Of a stretch of 32,000 nucleotides of DNA, positions 8,905 to 18,680 are shown one piece after another. Source of the DNA: an archaeon (GTDB taxonomy: Archaea; Asgardarchaeota; Thorarchaeia; Thorarchaeales; Thorarchaeaceae); the NCBI GenBank assembly GCA_024275415.1, contig JAJRZD010000082.1, forward strand, positions 51,731-83,730, written 5' to 3'. Position 1 is the stretch's first letter. Each line of letters begins with the position of its first letter. The translations under genes were made by a program, and so were the position numbers. The notes under the pieces were generated by a model, which was given only the letters and a program-made list of their open reading frames with translations, ran no database searches and was not told the DNA's origin.

Positions 8905-10311
8905 GTGAAATCTCTCGATGACAGTGCAGAACGACTTGCCGAGTTTGGGCTGACGCAATATGAGGCAAAGGTCTATCTTGCAACGCTCAAGAGCGGACCT
9001 TCATCTGCAAGTCAGATCAGCAAGTTAGCTGGGATAAGAAGGGAAGAGGTCTATCGCACACTACCGAAACTAGAGGAGTCCGGACTTGTTGAACGGGTGT
9101 TGGGACGCCCTGTGAGGTTCCAGGCTATCCCTCTCAGGGATGCTATCTCATTGCTTTTGAAGCGTAAAGAGGAAGAAACGCTCACAGAGCTACAAGAACT
9201 CGTTGGGAAAAAGAACGAACTGATTTCTGACATAGAATCGGAAGTCACGGTTGCCGAAAAAGAGGACGAGGACCAGCTCCTCCTGATTCCGAAAAAGGAG
9301 AGCGTTGCCCTTCGGATCGAGTCCCTCATGGAGTCGGCTCAGAACAACGTGGACATCATCGATTCTCCACAGAATGTAGCGAGGCTCCTGTTGGACTTTG
9401 AGAGAGTCATAAAGGACGCACTTGACAGGAATGTCTCATTTAGGATCCTGACAGAATATCCTAGTGAAGAGGTCTTGCGACGGGTACTGGAGAACGGTCT
9501 TCCAGAGGGAGAGGTGCGACTTCGCTACATAGATGATATTCCTAGCAGGTACATTCATGTTGACGAGACATCGGTCTTGCTTTCAACCTCACCCAAGGGC
9601 GATTTCACAGAGGGACAGGCCCTCCTGAGTCGAGATGTGAACCTTATTTCGATAATCAGACGGGACTTTGAAGAGCAGTTCAACAGGGCTGCTGACTGGT
9701 TCACATATATATCTAGACCCGAAGAAGACACACTGAGAGCATTAAAGCGTCTGAAACCTCGGGATCATGCCATCTTCTTTTACGATACTCTCGAACTGAA
9801 GCATAAGGTGTTGTTCGAGTACATCAAGTCGGTTCTTGACAGAGGGGAAGCAATCGGGTATATCTATTCTGAGGAGAATGAATCAGATATCATCAATACG
9901 CTACGGGAAACAGGAGTCAATGTGGATGCCAGTAGAAATAGCTCTGCATTGATGTTGATCCAGTATCAAAAGGTGTACCTGAATGATGGCATGTTCAACG
10001 CGCAGAATGTACTGGATTGTTGGAAACAACTCCATTCTGACGCAAGGAGCGCAGGGTTTGAGCGTTTCCAAGTCATCACTGAGATGGCGTATTTCACAAC
10101 AAAGGATCTCATCGAAGGTCTCCTGACGTTCGAAAGATCGCTGCATCACACCATCGAAACTCCGATTGTATCTGTCTGTGCTTACAATGCCTCGCTCTTG
10201 GGACAGATGGGAAATCCCATCAATCTGTTCTACGAATTGGCCAAGGTTCATGGCACGCTCCTGTATGCGGAGGATGCCGAACTGACCGACTTCAAGGCAA
10301 TCGAAAAGTAG
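8905..10311 (+). CDS. TrmB-family transcription regulator with a C-terminal MEDS sensory domain (about 468 aa)
   Basis: N-terminal FGLTQYEAKVYLATL...EVYRTLPKLEESGLV...RPVRFQAIP (TrmB HTH); central effector/PLD-like domain; C-terminal DHAIFFY...GEAIGYIY...FQVITEM...FERSL...SVCAYN (MEDS-like). Start placed at GTG 8905; the ORF track starts at 8860. Confidence 0.8.
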   Translation: MKSLDDSAERLAEFGLTQYEAKVYLATLKSGPSSASQISKLAGIRREEVYRTLPKLEESGLVERVLGRPVRFQAIPLRDAISLLLKRKEEETLTELQELVGKKNELISDIESEVTVAEKEDEDQLLLIPKKESVALRIESLMESAQNNVDIIDSPQNVARLLLDFERVIKDALDRNVSFRILTEYPSEEVLRRVLENGLPEGEVRLRYIDDIPSRYIHVDETSVLLSTSPKGDFTEGQALLSRDVNLISIIRRDFEEQFNRAADWFTYISRPEEDTLRALKRLKPRDHAIFFYDTLELKHKVLFEYIKSVLDRGEAIGYIYSEENESDIINTLRETGVNVDASRNSSALMLIQYQKVYLNDGMFNAQNVLDCWKQLHSDARSAGFERFQVITEMAYFTTKDLIEGLLTFERSLHHTIETPIVSVCAYNASLLGQMGNPINLFYELAKVHGTLLYAEDAELTDFKAIEK

Positions 10312-10323
10312 TGTTTCTTTGTA

Positions 10324-10569
10324 CTATGCAGGTATGTAGATCCATTGTCGCATGTCCAACAGGCAGGGTATCCTTCGGATAAGCTTCTTCTTCAGTAGTC
10401 GCCTGAGCGCATAACGCACTGTCCTTGGGGCGAAGGGGACTTCCGTAAGCAACTGCTTCGGTGTGACTCCTTTCTGACCACGTTCTCGGAGAATCCCAAG
10501 GATTTTCTTCTGACTCTTTGTGAGCCTGTGGTTCTTAAGTTCCAATTCCAACTCTTTCTCATTCATCAT
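10324..10569 (-). CDS. Small archaeal winged-helix DNA-binding protein (MarR/Lrs14-like), 81 aa
   Basis: LTKSQKKILGIL...VTPKQL...APRTVRYALRRLLKKKLIRR...DMRQWIY. Confidence 0.8.
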   Translation of the reverse strand: MMNEKELELELKNHRLTKSQKKILGILRERGQKGVTPKQLLTEVPFAPRTVRYALRRLLKKKLIRRIPCLLDMRQWIYIPA

Positions 10570-10587
10570 CTTAATTCACGGCTGGTG

Positions 10588-10639
10588 TATATAATATTGT
10601 TAATTTATTATATAAAGAAGCGTTACTGTGTCCACACAG
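10588..10639. promoter_or_regulatory. Promoter region of the small wHTH gene with two inverted repeats
   Basis: TATATAAT-N11-ATTATATA (10588-10614) and CTGTGT-CC-ACACAG (10626-10639). Confidence 0.45.
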
Positions 10640-10714
10640 ATACAATCTCACACATCAATACACAAAATGCACAACTGCACATAGCTAGTAGAATCCAGCA
10701 TATCAAACTTGGGG

Positions 10715-10746
10715 CAAAAAAGAATAGAATGCCCCCAAGGGGGCAT
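10715..10746 (-). terminator. Hairpin plus T-tract terminator after the giant surface-protein unit
   Basis: ATGCCCCC-TT-GGGGGCAT (10746-10729) begins 7 nt after the TAA at 10754 and is followed by TCTATTCTTTTTT. Confidence 0.65.
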
Positions 10747-10753
10747 ATTTGAT

Positions 10754-13700
10754 TTATTCTGTGTCTTTTCGTTTTCGATACCAGATCAGACTGACTGGTA
10801 CGAGTGCGATGAATAGGACAGGTATTCCGACTCCCGCAGCTACAGCTACCATATCACCCAGATTGAGCGAGGCTGCCATTAATGGCACGGCTGGAGCTGG
10901 AGGTGTCGGAGTAGGGTTGACTCCAGAAACCGTGTAGACATTGCCCTGCCAGTAGGATACGACATCCGGGGCATTCGTGTTCCCAGTAAATACTCCAACG
11001 ATAGGCTGGACTACTTGGTGTGGAGCAGCATAGTGCCACAGTAGTACATTGTTAGTGATGTCCACCGCTGCGAGGTATTCATGGTTGGTGAATACCAGGT
11101 CAGTCACAGAATCGCCATTCATATCAGCAAACGTAAGGCTGAAGTCAAAGGAGTTAAGGAGTACAGGAGCCTCCCAGTACCAGACTGTGCTACCCGAATA
11201 GTCGAATCCATAGATTGCCGTTCGTTCAAAGCTCGTGATTATCTCATCAACTCCATCACCCGTCAGGTCTTCTGTGTAGACATCTCTCGGGAAGACGGTG
11301 AAGTCAATAAATCCAGTCTGGATGCTAGTCTGTCCATTGACTATGTAAATGACATAACTGCTATCAAGCCAGGCGAAGTCCTCATACACATCACCCGTCA
11401 AGTCACCAACCACAATACCATAGACACTAGACCCACCGGTATTGTAGGTGGTGTGCAATTGTCCGTCTGTACCGCGATAGATCTCCACAGCATTGTTGGA
11501 ACCACCAATTAGGACATCAGGGTTTCCGTCACCGGTGATATCCCCGACAGCCATGTATCCAACAGTACCGTAGCTAAAAGTGACTGCAGTACTTGACCGA
11601 TAGTGCTCAGTGCCATCGTGACCGTACCAGACCACATATGCGTGGGAGCTGTTCGCCCAGAGCACAGCAATCTCATCATCCGCTTGAGAAGGATCAAAAT
11701 CACGGACGTACAGGTCGTTCGCTGTTGTGTCAGTGGGACTAGTGATAGAGCCCATTTCGGAACCGTCAGTTCCTCGAAGGATATGAATGGTAGAATCAGC
11801 ATCCACAGCTATGATGTCAAGCCAGCCGATCCCATCCATATCACCCACACGGACTTGTGAGATGGTCTTCGAGAAGTCCCGCGTCCATAGGATAGCACCA
11901 TTGGTTCCGTTTACTAGTGCAACTGTCACATTGTACCAAGCCACGACCTCATCCAGACCATCGGAATTGATATCGACCACCGTGGTTCCTGTGATAGTCG
12001 CATTAGTAAGAGTCTGGTTCCAATAGAGTCCATGAACTGGGAACTTCTCCTCCGGTGCTGGCACAACGCGCTCGTAACTGTCAACTGCAACTATGGTGCT
12101 GCTAAACAGTTCCCATTGGAGTCCGCTGTCGATTCCTGTGCCATGGAGGTCAGCACTTGATACAGTCCATGGAATCCCGCCGGTGCGGTTGAACCAGAGA
12201 GGGATTCCACTCTTTCCGTCAATTGCTACGAGGACTCCACCCGATGTGCCATTGATAAGTCCGATGATGATATCGAGGTTGCCAGAACCGCCAAAGTATC
12301 CTATCGAACCATCAAAAGTCTGGAAAACGGGGTCAGGAACATAGAGCCATTGGGTGGTTCCACCTCTGATGTCTTCAAGAAAGACATGTCCTTTAGCAGT
12401 AATCCCAGCTATTTCAGGCGCAGAATCACCATCAAAGTCATCTAGCCACACGGCCCATATATCCAGATAGTCGGTCGAATTGTACACAAGAGTTGATGTT
12501 GTGATATCAAGGATGTGTACACTATCTCTAGCAAAGACGATATCGTCAATGCCATCTTCGGTATAATCGAAAGCTATTGGTTTCGCTGCGTTTGCAATGG
12601 GGCCTGAAGTGGAATAGAATACGGTCCCATTCATGACATCCATGACATGCAGATTTGAGGATGCCATGAACGCCAGTGTCAGATTCTGACCACCAGTGAA
12701 ATTGCCCAAGGTGAGTTGCAATACATCACCTAATGCTGGGATCCAGTTCTTAAGCAGTCCACCTGTATGGTCGAGCAGAAATATCTGATCCCCACTTGTA
12801 CCAAGGGCAATCTCAACCCAGCCGTCATTGTCCACATCTGCTACATCGATGGCATCCACATTCCCTGCCGCAGTGTCGTATTTCCACACCAGAGAACCAT
12901 CAGTGATATCAAGAACCCAGAGATGGTCATCATCAGACCCAAGCAGCACTTCAGGAATAGTATCGTTTGTGATGTCAGCCAGTAGAATCAAGTTAAAGCC
13001 ACTCGCTGCATCGGTATTGTTCCAGATAATTGTGCCAGACTCGTCGAATGCAATCACTTCACCTCTGCCGGATTGACCTGCAATGACTTCCTCCTTACCA
13101 TCGCCATCAATATCGTACGCCTGCATGGTGTCCAGATTTCCGAAATTGCCTACACCTGATGTTGACAACGTCAGGTTCTGCATTGAACCAAACAGTCCCG
13201 CGAATCCCTCGGACGTATCAGTATATTCGAAGAAGAATACATCCCCACGTTCACATGCGAGAGCAATATCATCCCATCCGTTACCGTTGCTGTCTGATAC
13301 AGCGATGGCTGTCACAGGATTCTCGAACGGGTCAGAGAGATAGTCCTCAAGATAGTACATGACTTCATTTCCGATATTCGAGGAGTCCAACTCATAGACC
13401 CCATACTTGTCATCGAAAGCGACAAGCACCTCACGTCTATTATCGCCATCAGTGTCTCCAACATCTAGATCCACGACATCATGGAGGTGGTTCAGCGCCC
13501 AATCAGATTGCGGATTAATGCCATAGACAATATCCACATAAGGTACCCTTATCCATCCGTACTGGTCATTGCCAAGGAACATATACAGAGGAGCATAACG
13601 CAAGAAGGTACCTGCATAGATGAAGCCTCCATCATCCATTGCTAGGAATGCAGGTGACAGTATCTCCGGCTGTTCGATGACAGTCGCCCCAATCTTGTAC

Positions 13701-16700
13701 TGGACAGAGCCTCCTGACGTTTCCACTCGTGTCACATAATCTGGAATCGTGTTGAGATACCCCTCGACGTTCCACGTCGCCCCATCATTCTGGCTAGCGA
13801 TCATACCAAAGCGATCCTCGATCTCAGTGCCAATGCGCTCATAGAGGACAACGAGGCTCTTGTCTTCAGTCCTCATGTAGTCGATATCGACATACATCTC
13901 ATCGTAGAAGCTTGTTGTTGCTTGGTGAGCATATTGTCCAGTGAAGTTGAGCTTGTCATCATTGCTCACCGCAACCCAGATATCGTGGTCGGCCTTGTAC
14001 ATGCTCGGATTGGTGGCAGACATGGCCATTGCGAACCTTCCATCGTCAAGACGAATGACCTCAGCATCATGAACGACGAGGTCATATTCGTTCTCTAAGG
14101 CATGATTCACATACTCGTAGGAACCCGTCAGGTCATTATCTAAGAGCTTGATGTTAACTGTCCGGCTCGTGATGCCAAAGAAGGAGAAGTCAAACACATA
14201 AGCAACCCCTATGTGAGTTGTATTATACTGGAAAACACTCGGACTGTGCATATACCCAAAGAAGTCACGTGGTACGGCGAGTCCGGGGCCCCATATTCCT
14301 GCTTCATAGTCATAGTAGGTCACAAAGAGATAGGTGCTACCATTAGATGCACGACCATTCCAAGTAATGTAGACACGGTCACCCCAAGCCGAGCAGTGAG
14401 GTTCTGATTCCACATTGATGGTGGTACCTCCGGGGTATGGTAGAGGAAGGTTGCCCATAACTTCCCATGCACCTGATGTCGTGTTGTACCACTTGCTCCA
14501 CAGCTCGTTGTTGTTCTCGAAAATCATTAGCTGGATGTCATCAACTGAAGAATGCCGTAGCTGAGTGATGCTCTTTCTACTTCTATTTGATACCACAAAA
14601 CTGTCACCGGAAGTGAATGTTGTCTGAAGAGGGACATTAGGATAATTAGGCGAAGCAGTGACATATTCCACCTTGATGTACGAATTGTCAACCCCTGCTT
14701 CATGCTCCCACATATCGAATCCGTATGAGTGTCCAATGATTATCTCACGCTCACCGTCATAGTCCTGATCATCCATCTTGATGACACTGATCGGATTCCA
14801 ATAGGTCACTTCCGTTGGTGCACTCCAAGACTCGTAGAAAGTACCACCTCTGCATTCGTATATTTTCACGAAGCCATTCTGGCGCATCAGTCGTACATCC
14901 TCGACCCCACCGATTATCACTTCTCGATACCCATCCTTATCACTATCACCCACTGCGATAGCATGGATGCGAGCGTACTTGTAATCAGCAGCAATAGGAT
15001 TCCCAATCAGATAGTATCGACCCTCCATCACGGCTGTCGTCACGAAGTAATCGTTGTCTTCCATCCCAATGAAGGAACCGTCATTTACGTTGTAAATGAA
15101 TAGATAGGGACCAGCAGCGACGATCAAATCACCTCGACCGTCATAATCTATATCGTTTCCAGCAGCCATGGCAGTGATTTCCGTCACTTGCTCGATGAAT
15201 TGGTTATCATCTCCCCACTCGGTATCGCGCAGGTCGAACGAGTAGACGAACCGCATGGCATCGCCACCGAAAAGACCTACCTCCTCAAAGATGTAGACTT
15301 GAAGGTTGGCTGCGACAACTATCTCTTTCAGACCGTCGTGGTCAAGGTCAATATCAGCAACGAGATGCTTTGCATGATCCCAGATACGTCGATTGAAATC
15401 ACCTGAAATGCCTTCCAGATCCTCATAGGCATAAGGACTGACATCAGTGACCTCGGTATGGTTCAAGTCAAAAGAGCGGAACATGCGTTTGTAGCTGTTA
15501 TTGACCAAATGTTCAAAGGCATACACATTGTTATCAAAGTCACCTATAATGATCTCATTGTTTCCATCACTATCGCTATCACCTGAGGTAATAGACAAAG
15601 TCCATTCATCTAGGTCTGCATCATTGTTCCAATCCTCCATGATATGATAGCCCAAGTTCATGAATTTGGTATTCGACCCCTCCATGAGATTGAAATTGAT
15701 TCTGGCAACACGAGGATAGCTTGCGACTACATACGAATCGGCACTGCCAAAGATAGGCTCTGCCATCCAGAGTGAATTGTATTCCTGATTAAACCCATAA
15801 AGATAGTATTCAGGCCTTTCTCTACCTACTAACTCGAAATGTCGCTCAAGAAGAAGGCCATCGTAGTAAGAGCCCCAGTCTTTCACCATACGAACGTCCG
15901 TTATGTTCAGCAGCTTCAGATTCGTATCCTCATTAGAGTTCGACATTATCTTCTTGTGCTCGACCCAAATGGGCTCATCGGCAGTTCCTTCATTGATGAA
16001 GACGGTTGAACCAAACTTACTGTCATAACTCAAGACAAGATCTAAATCACCATCTCCGTCGATATCAACAAGATCAGGTTGACCCCAGATAGCACTTGTA
16101 TCGAGGTTGTTGATATCATCAAAATAGCCAGGAACCAAAGTGAAGTTGAGCTGACCAGTAGCGTCATCACCAAGCTTCAGGTTCTCGGCCATGTACAGAT
16201 AGCCATTGGACACAACGAAATCTTGGTCGCCGTCACCATCATAATCGGCAAAGGAAACCTTTGGAGTTGTCTTGGCAAGATTCACCTGTGAGGTCAGTCG
16301 CCCATCGACGTCCATTCTCCATAATGGTTCCATGCTCACAAAATCGTCCGTGTACGAGTTCCTGTAGTAGAAGAGGAGCTGTGCGCGATATAGAACAGAG
16401 AAGGAATCAACGGGGATATCCTCATTGATACCTCCAACCACAAGCATAGGCAATGTCGAAGGGTTCAAGTATGAATCCCAGATGTACGCAGGCTCAACTG
16501 AAACCTTTTCAAACTGGAATTCTTGGTCATCAAAGTCATTATTCATGGGTGCAAGAAGTGCACTAGTCAATGAATCTTCGTCCCCATTGGTATTATAAGC
16601 GACAATCTTGGGAGCCCCACCACTTTCAGGGTATTGCGCGAGGAACATATTGAAGATCTGTTCTGTATATGGGTCAATGACTCCTGAACTCCACTGGTTT

Positions 16701-18679
16701 GCGATGTATCCCGTTTGGGGTGCAAAGTTGATGGCGGTCCAGAGATTCCACGCAGGAATGTCGCTCTCTGTGTTCACCTCGACCATATCCCAAACGCCAG
16801 CTCCGAATGTGTAGTAGTCATCGTCACCAGACTCCCAGAAGAGGTCATATGCCTCTGTACTCGCGTTGTATTTGACACCAAGGAACTCGCCAATTGATGT
16901 TGCGACAAGAATCTTGTCAGCCTCGGTATTCCCAGCGGCCCAGTTATTGCCATCTTCCTTTAGTTGCCCAATTTCCACAGAAAGGGCTTCCACAACAGTA
17001 TTGAATACTTGAGCAAGTTCAACAGAATTGATCGCGAAGGTTGCACCATTGAAGACGGATATTTTGGCATAACGGAAATAGTCCCACTGTCTTCTCCCTA
17101 GAGCGTCATCAACATCTACCTCCAAGTAGTACCCATTATAGGTAAAGTGATCAGGAGCGACCTGTTCGAAATCAGTACCATCACGCGAAATGCTGAAATT
17201 GAACGAACCACTGACATCGGCACCAGCAAGGAATAGCACATTGAACTTGATCAGGACATCTGGATCCGCATTGGCACTTCCGGTTCCTTCCTCGTCCAAT
17301 CCAAAGTCGATGATTGCTGTGGCATTGTCAACGCTCGGGTCAGAGGCATCGAAAGTCGAATAGTTGCCATCCGGTGCTCCAGCCATTCCGGTATTGTACG
17401 GGTAGACGCTCGCATCAGGAACGAAGTAGGAACCACCCCAGACGTATTCGATTTGCTCAGGCACATTGATGGATGCATTGACAGGGTCGTGATAGGTCAC
17501 GTTCCAAGCCTCGACCACCCGGTCAGTGTAGAAATCAAGACCCCAAAGACCGAAGGTTTCCCACTCCTTGTAGGAGCGATAGACCTTCTGATATTCGTAA
17601 GTCTTCTTATCAGGGTTCCAGTCGAGTGTGAACACACCCTGACCCTGTGCCACGAGGGCAATCTCATCACCAGGTGTGCCATCAAGTTCGCCGACATCCA
17701 TCGAGAGGATTGGGCTCCATGTGTAGTTCTCGCTTGTCCAGTTCAGGTAGTAGTGGTTGTCATTGATAAGCGGGAATGGATAGCCATTGATATTCAGGGT
17801 GATACCGTCATTCTCGTAAACGTATACAGTGCCATCACGGGTTCCCACAATCACTTCCGGAAGCCCGTTGTTATTGGTGTCACCTGACTCAATCGTATAG
17901 ACTCGTTCACCGATATCAAGAGTGGCAACCTCATCGTAGGTGATCCAGTGCTCCTCTGAGAACGGATAACCAGAATGGTTGTCATATTCGTAGATGTGCA
18001 CTTTCCCATCCCATCCGCCAGCAATAATGTCGGCACGATAGTCACGGTCAATGTCATCCACCTTGACAGCGAATGCCTTGAACATATCTGGGCTCTTCCA
18101 GACGAGGTCGAACTGATTCTCCGTGTTAGCATAGGGGTCATAGATATGCCGTTGCTCGAAGACATAGACATGCCCATCTGCGCTCGCTGCCACGATTTCT
18201 AAGAAGTCGTTCAGGTCAGTATCACCGAAATCGAGGCTCAGGATATCACTCTGAAAGACCCCATCGCCTGTGTCCCATACCTTGTCGAACTGGTTGGTTT
18301 CGACGTTGAGTCGGAACAGGTGTACCTCGTTGTCATAGAGATAGCCACCACCAAGAGCCAAGAAGCCTGTGTCCTCATCATATGCCATGGCATGGATAGC
18401 AGCCTTGGACTTCCAAGGCTCATAGAACATCTTGTATGTGTTCTCGCGGTCTCCAAGGACATTTCCAATGTCAAAGTCAGACGGCAAGTAGGGGTTATCC
18501 TCTGCCAGCGCCTGCTCGATCATAGGATACATGGTTTCTGGGATCTCATCACTGGTATCGACAGGGATGATATCGTTTCCTTGCGAAGGCACCCCAGCCA
18601 AAGGTAGGGCGGGAATGACTCCAACTGTTCCGATGACCATCAAGGTCAGGAATATGATGCTCAATACTCTAGTTCTCAC
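10754..18679 (-). CDS. Giant membrane-anchored FG-GAP/VCBS-repeat multi-beta-propeller surface protein (about 2641 aa)
   Basis: GTG at 18679, 6 nt after GGAGGTG. Signal peptide MRTRVLSIIFLTLMVIGTVGVIPA. About 29 motifs of the type (V/F)(G/A)DxDxDGxxEhhhG, counted by eye including degenerate copies. Many N-x-S/T sequons. PTPTPPAPAVP linker, TM segment, RKRK tail. Confidence 0.85.
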   Translation of the reverse strand: MRTRVLSIIFLTLMVIGTVGVIPALPLAGVPSQGNDIIPVDTSDEIPETMYPMIEQALAEDNPYLPSDFDIGNVLGDRENTYKMFYEPWKSKAAIHAMAYDEDTGFLALGGGYLYDNEVHLFRLNVETNQFDKVWDTGDGVFQSDILSLDFGDTDLNDFLEIVAASADGHVYVFEQRHIYDPYANTENQFDLVWKSPDMFKAFAVKVDDIDRDYRADIIAGGWDGKVHIYEYDNHSGYPFSEEHWITYDEVATLDIGERVYTIESGDTNNNGLPEVIVGTRDGTVYVYENDGITLNINGYPFPLINDNHYYLNWTSENYTWSPILSMDVGELDGTPGDEIALVAQGQGVFTLDWNPDKKTYEYQKVYRSYKEWETFGLWGLDFYTDRVVEAWNVTYHDPVNASINVPEQIEYVWGGSYFVPDASVYPYNTGMAGAPDGNYSTFDASDPSVDNATAIIDFGLDEEGTGSANADPDVLIKFNVLFLAGADVSGSFNFSISRDGTDFEQVAPDHFTYNGYYLEVDVDDALGRRQWDYFRYAKISVFNGATFAINSVELAQVFNTVVEALSVEIGQLKEDGNNWAAGNTEADKILVATSIGEFLGVKYNASTEAYDLFWESGDDDYYTFGAGVWDMVEVNTESDIPAWNLWTAINFAPQTGYIANQWSSGVIDPYTEQIFNMFLAQYPESGGAPKIVAYNTNGDEDSLTSALLAPMNNDFDDQEFQFEKVSVEPAYIWDSYLNPSTLPMLVVGGINEDIPVDSFSVLYRAQLLFYYRNSYTDDFVSMEPLWRMDVDGRLTSQVNLAKTTPKVSFADYDGDGDQDFVVSNGYLYMAENLKLGDDATGQLNFTLVPGYFDDINNLDTSAIWGQPDLVDIDGDGDLDLVLSYDSKFGSTVFINEGTADEPIWVEHKKIMSNSNEDTNLKLLNITDVRMVKDWGSYYDGLLLERHFELVGRERPEYYLYGFNQEYNSLWMAEPIFGSADSYVVASYPRVARINFNLMEGSNTKFMNLGYHIMEDWNNDADLDEWTLSITSGDSDSDGNNEIIIGDFDNNVYAFEHLVNNSYKRMFRSFDLNHTEVTDVSPYAYEDLEGISGDFNRRIWDHAKHLVADIDLDHDGLKEIVVAANLQVYIFEEVGLFGGDAMRFVYSFDLRDTEWGDDNQFIEQVTEITAMAAGNDIDYDGRGDLIVAAGPYLFIYNVNDGSFIGMEDNDYFVTTAVMEGRYYLIGNPIAADYKYARIHAIAVGDSDKDGYREVIIGGVEDVRLMRQNGFVKIYECRGGTFYESWSAPTEVTYWNPISVIKMDDQDYDGEREIIIGHSYGFDMWEHEAGVDNSYIKVEYVTASPNYPNVPLQTTFTSGDSFVVSNRSRKSITQLRHSSVDDIQLMIFENNNELWSKWYNTTSGAWEVMGNLPLPYPGGTTINVESEPHCSAWGDRVYITWNGRASNGSTYLFVTYYDYEAGIWGPGLAVPRDFFGYMHSPSVFQYNTTHIGVAYVFDFSFFGITSRTVNIKLLDNDLTGSYEYVNHALENEYDLVVHDAEVIRLDDGRFAMAMSATNPSMYKADHDIWVAVSNDDKLNFTGQYAHQATTSFYDEMYVDIDYMRTEDKSLVVLYERIGTEIEDRFGMIASQNDGATWNVEGYLNTIPDYVTRVETSGGSVQYKIGATVIEQPEILSPAFLAMDDGGFIYAGTFLRYAPLYMFLGNDQYGWIRVPYVDIVYGINPQSDWALNHLHDVVDLDVGDTDGDNRREVLVAFDDKYGVYELDSSNIGNEVMYYLEDYLSDPFENPVTAIAVSDSNGNGWDDIALACERGDVFFFEYTDTSEGFAGLFGSMQNLTLSTSGVGNFGNLDTMQAYDIDGDGKEEVIAGQSGRGEVIAFDESGTIIWNNTDAASGFNLILLADITNDTIPEVLLGSDDDHLWVLDITDGSLVWKYDTAAGNVDAIDVADVDNDGWVEIALGTSGDQIFLLDHTGGLLKNWIPALGDVLQLTLGNFTGGQNLTLAFMASSNLHVMDVMNGTVFYSTSGPIANAAKPIAFDYTEDGIDDIVFARDSVHILDITTSTLVYNSTDYLDIWAVWLDDFDGDSAPEIAGITAKGHVFLEDIRGGTTQWLYVPDPVFQTFDGSIGYFGGSGNLDIIIGLINGTSGGVLVAIDGKSGIPLWFNRTGGIPWTVSSADLHGTGIDSGLQWELFSSTIVAVDSYERVVPAPEEKFPVHGLYWNQTLTNATITGTTVVDINSDGLDEVVAWYNVTVALVNGTNGAILWTRDFSKTISQVRVGDMDGIGWLDIIAVDADSTIHILRGTDGSEMGSITSPTDTTANDLYVRDFDPSQADDEIAVLWANSSHAYVVWYGHDGTEHYRSSTAVTFSYGTVGYMAVGDITGDGNPDVLIGGSNNAVEIYRGTDGQLHTTYNTGGSSVYGIVVGDLTGDVYEDFAWLDSSYVIYIVNGQTSIQTGFIDFTVFPRDVYTEDLTGDGVDEIITSFERTAIYGFDYSGSTVWYWEAPVLLNSFDFSLTFADMNGDSVTDLVFTNHEYLAAVDITNNVLLWHYAAPHQVVQPIVGVFTGNTNAPDVVSYWQGNVYTVSGVNPTPTPPAPAVPLMAASLNLGDMVAVAAGVGIPVLFIALVPVSLIWYRKRKDTE

Positions 18680-18680
18680 T

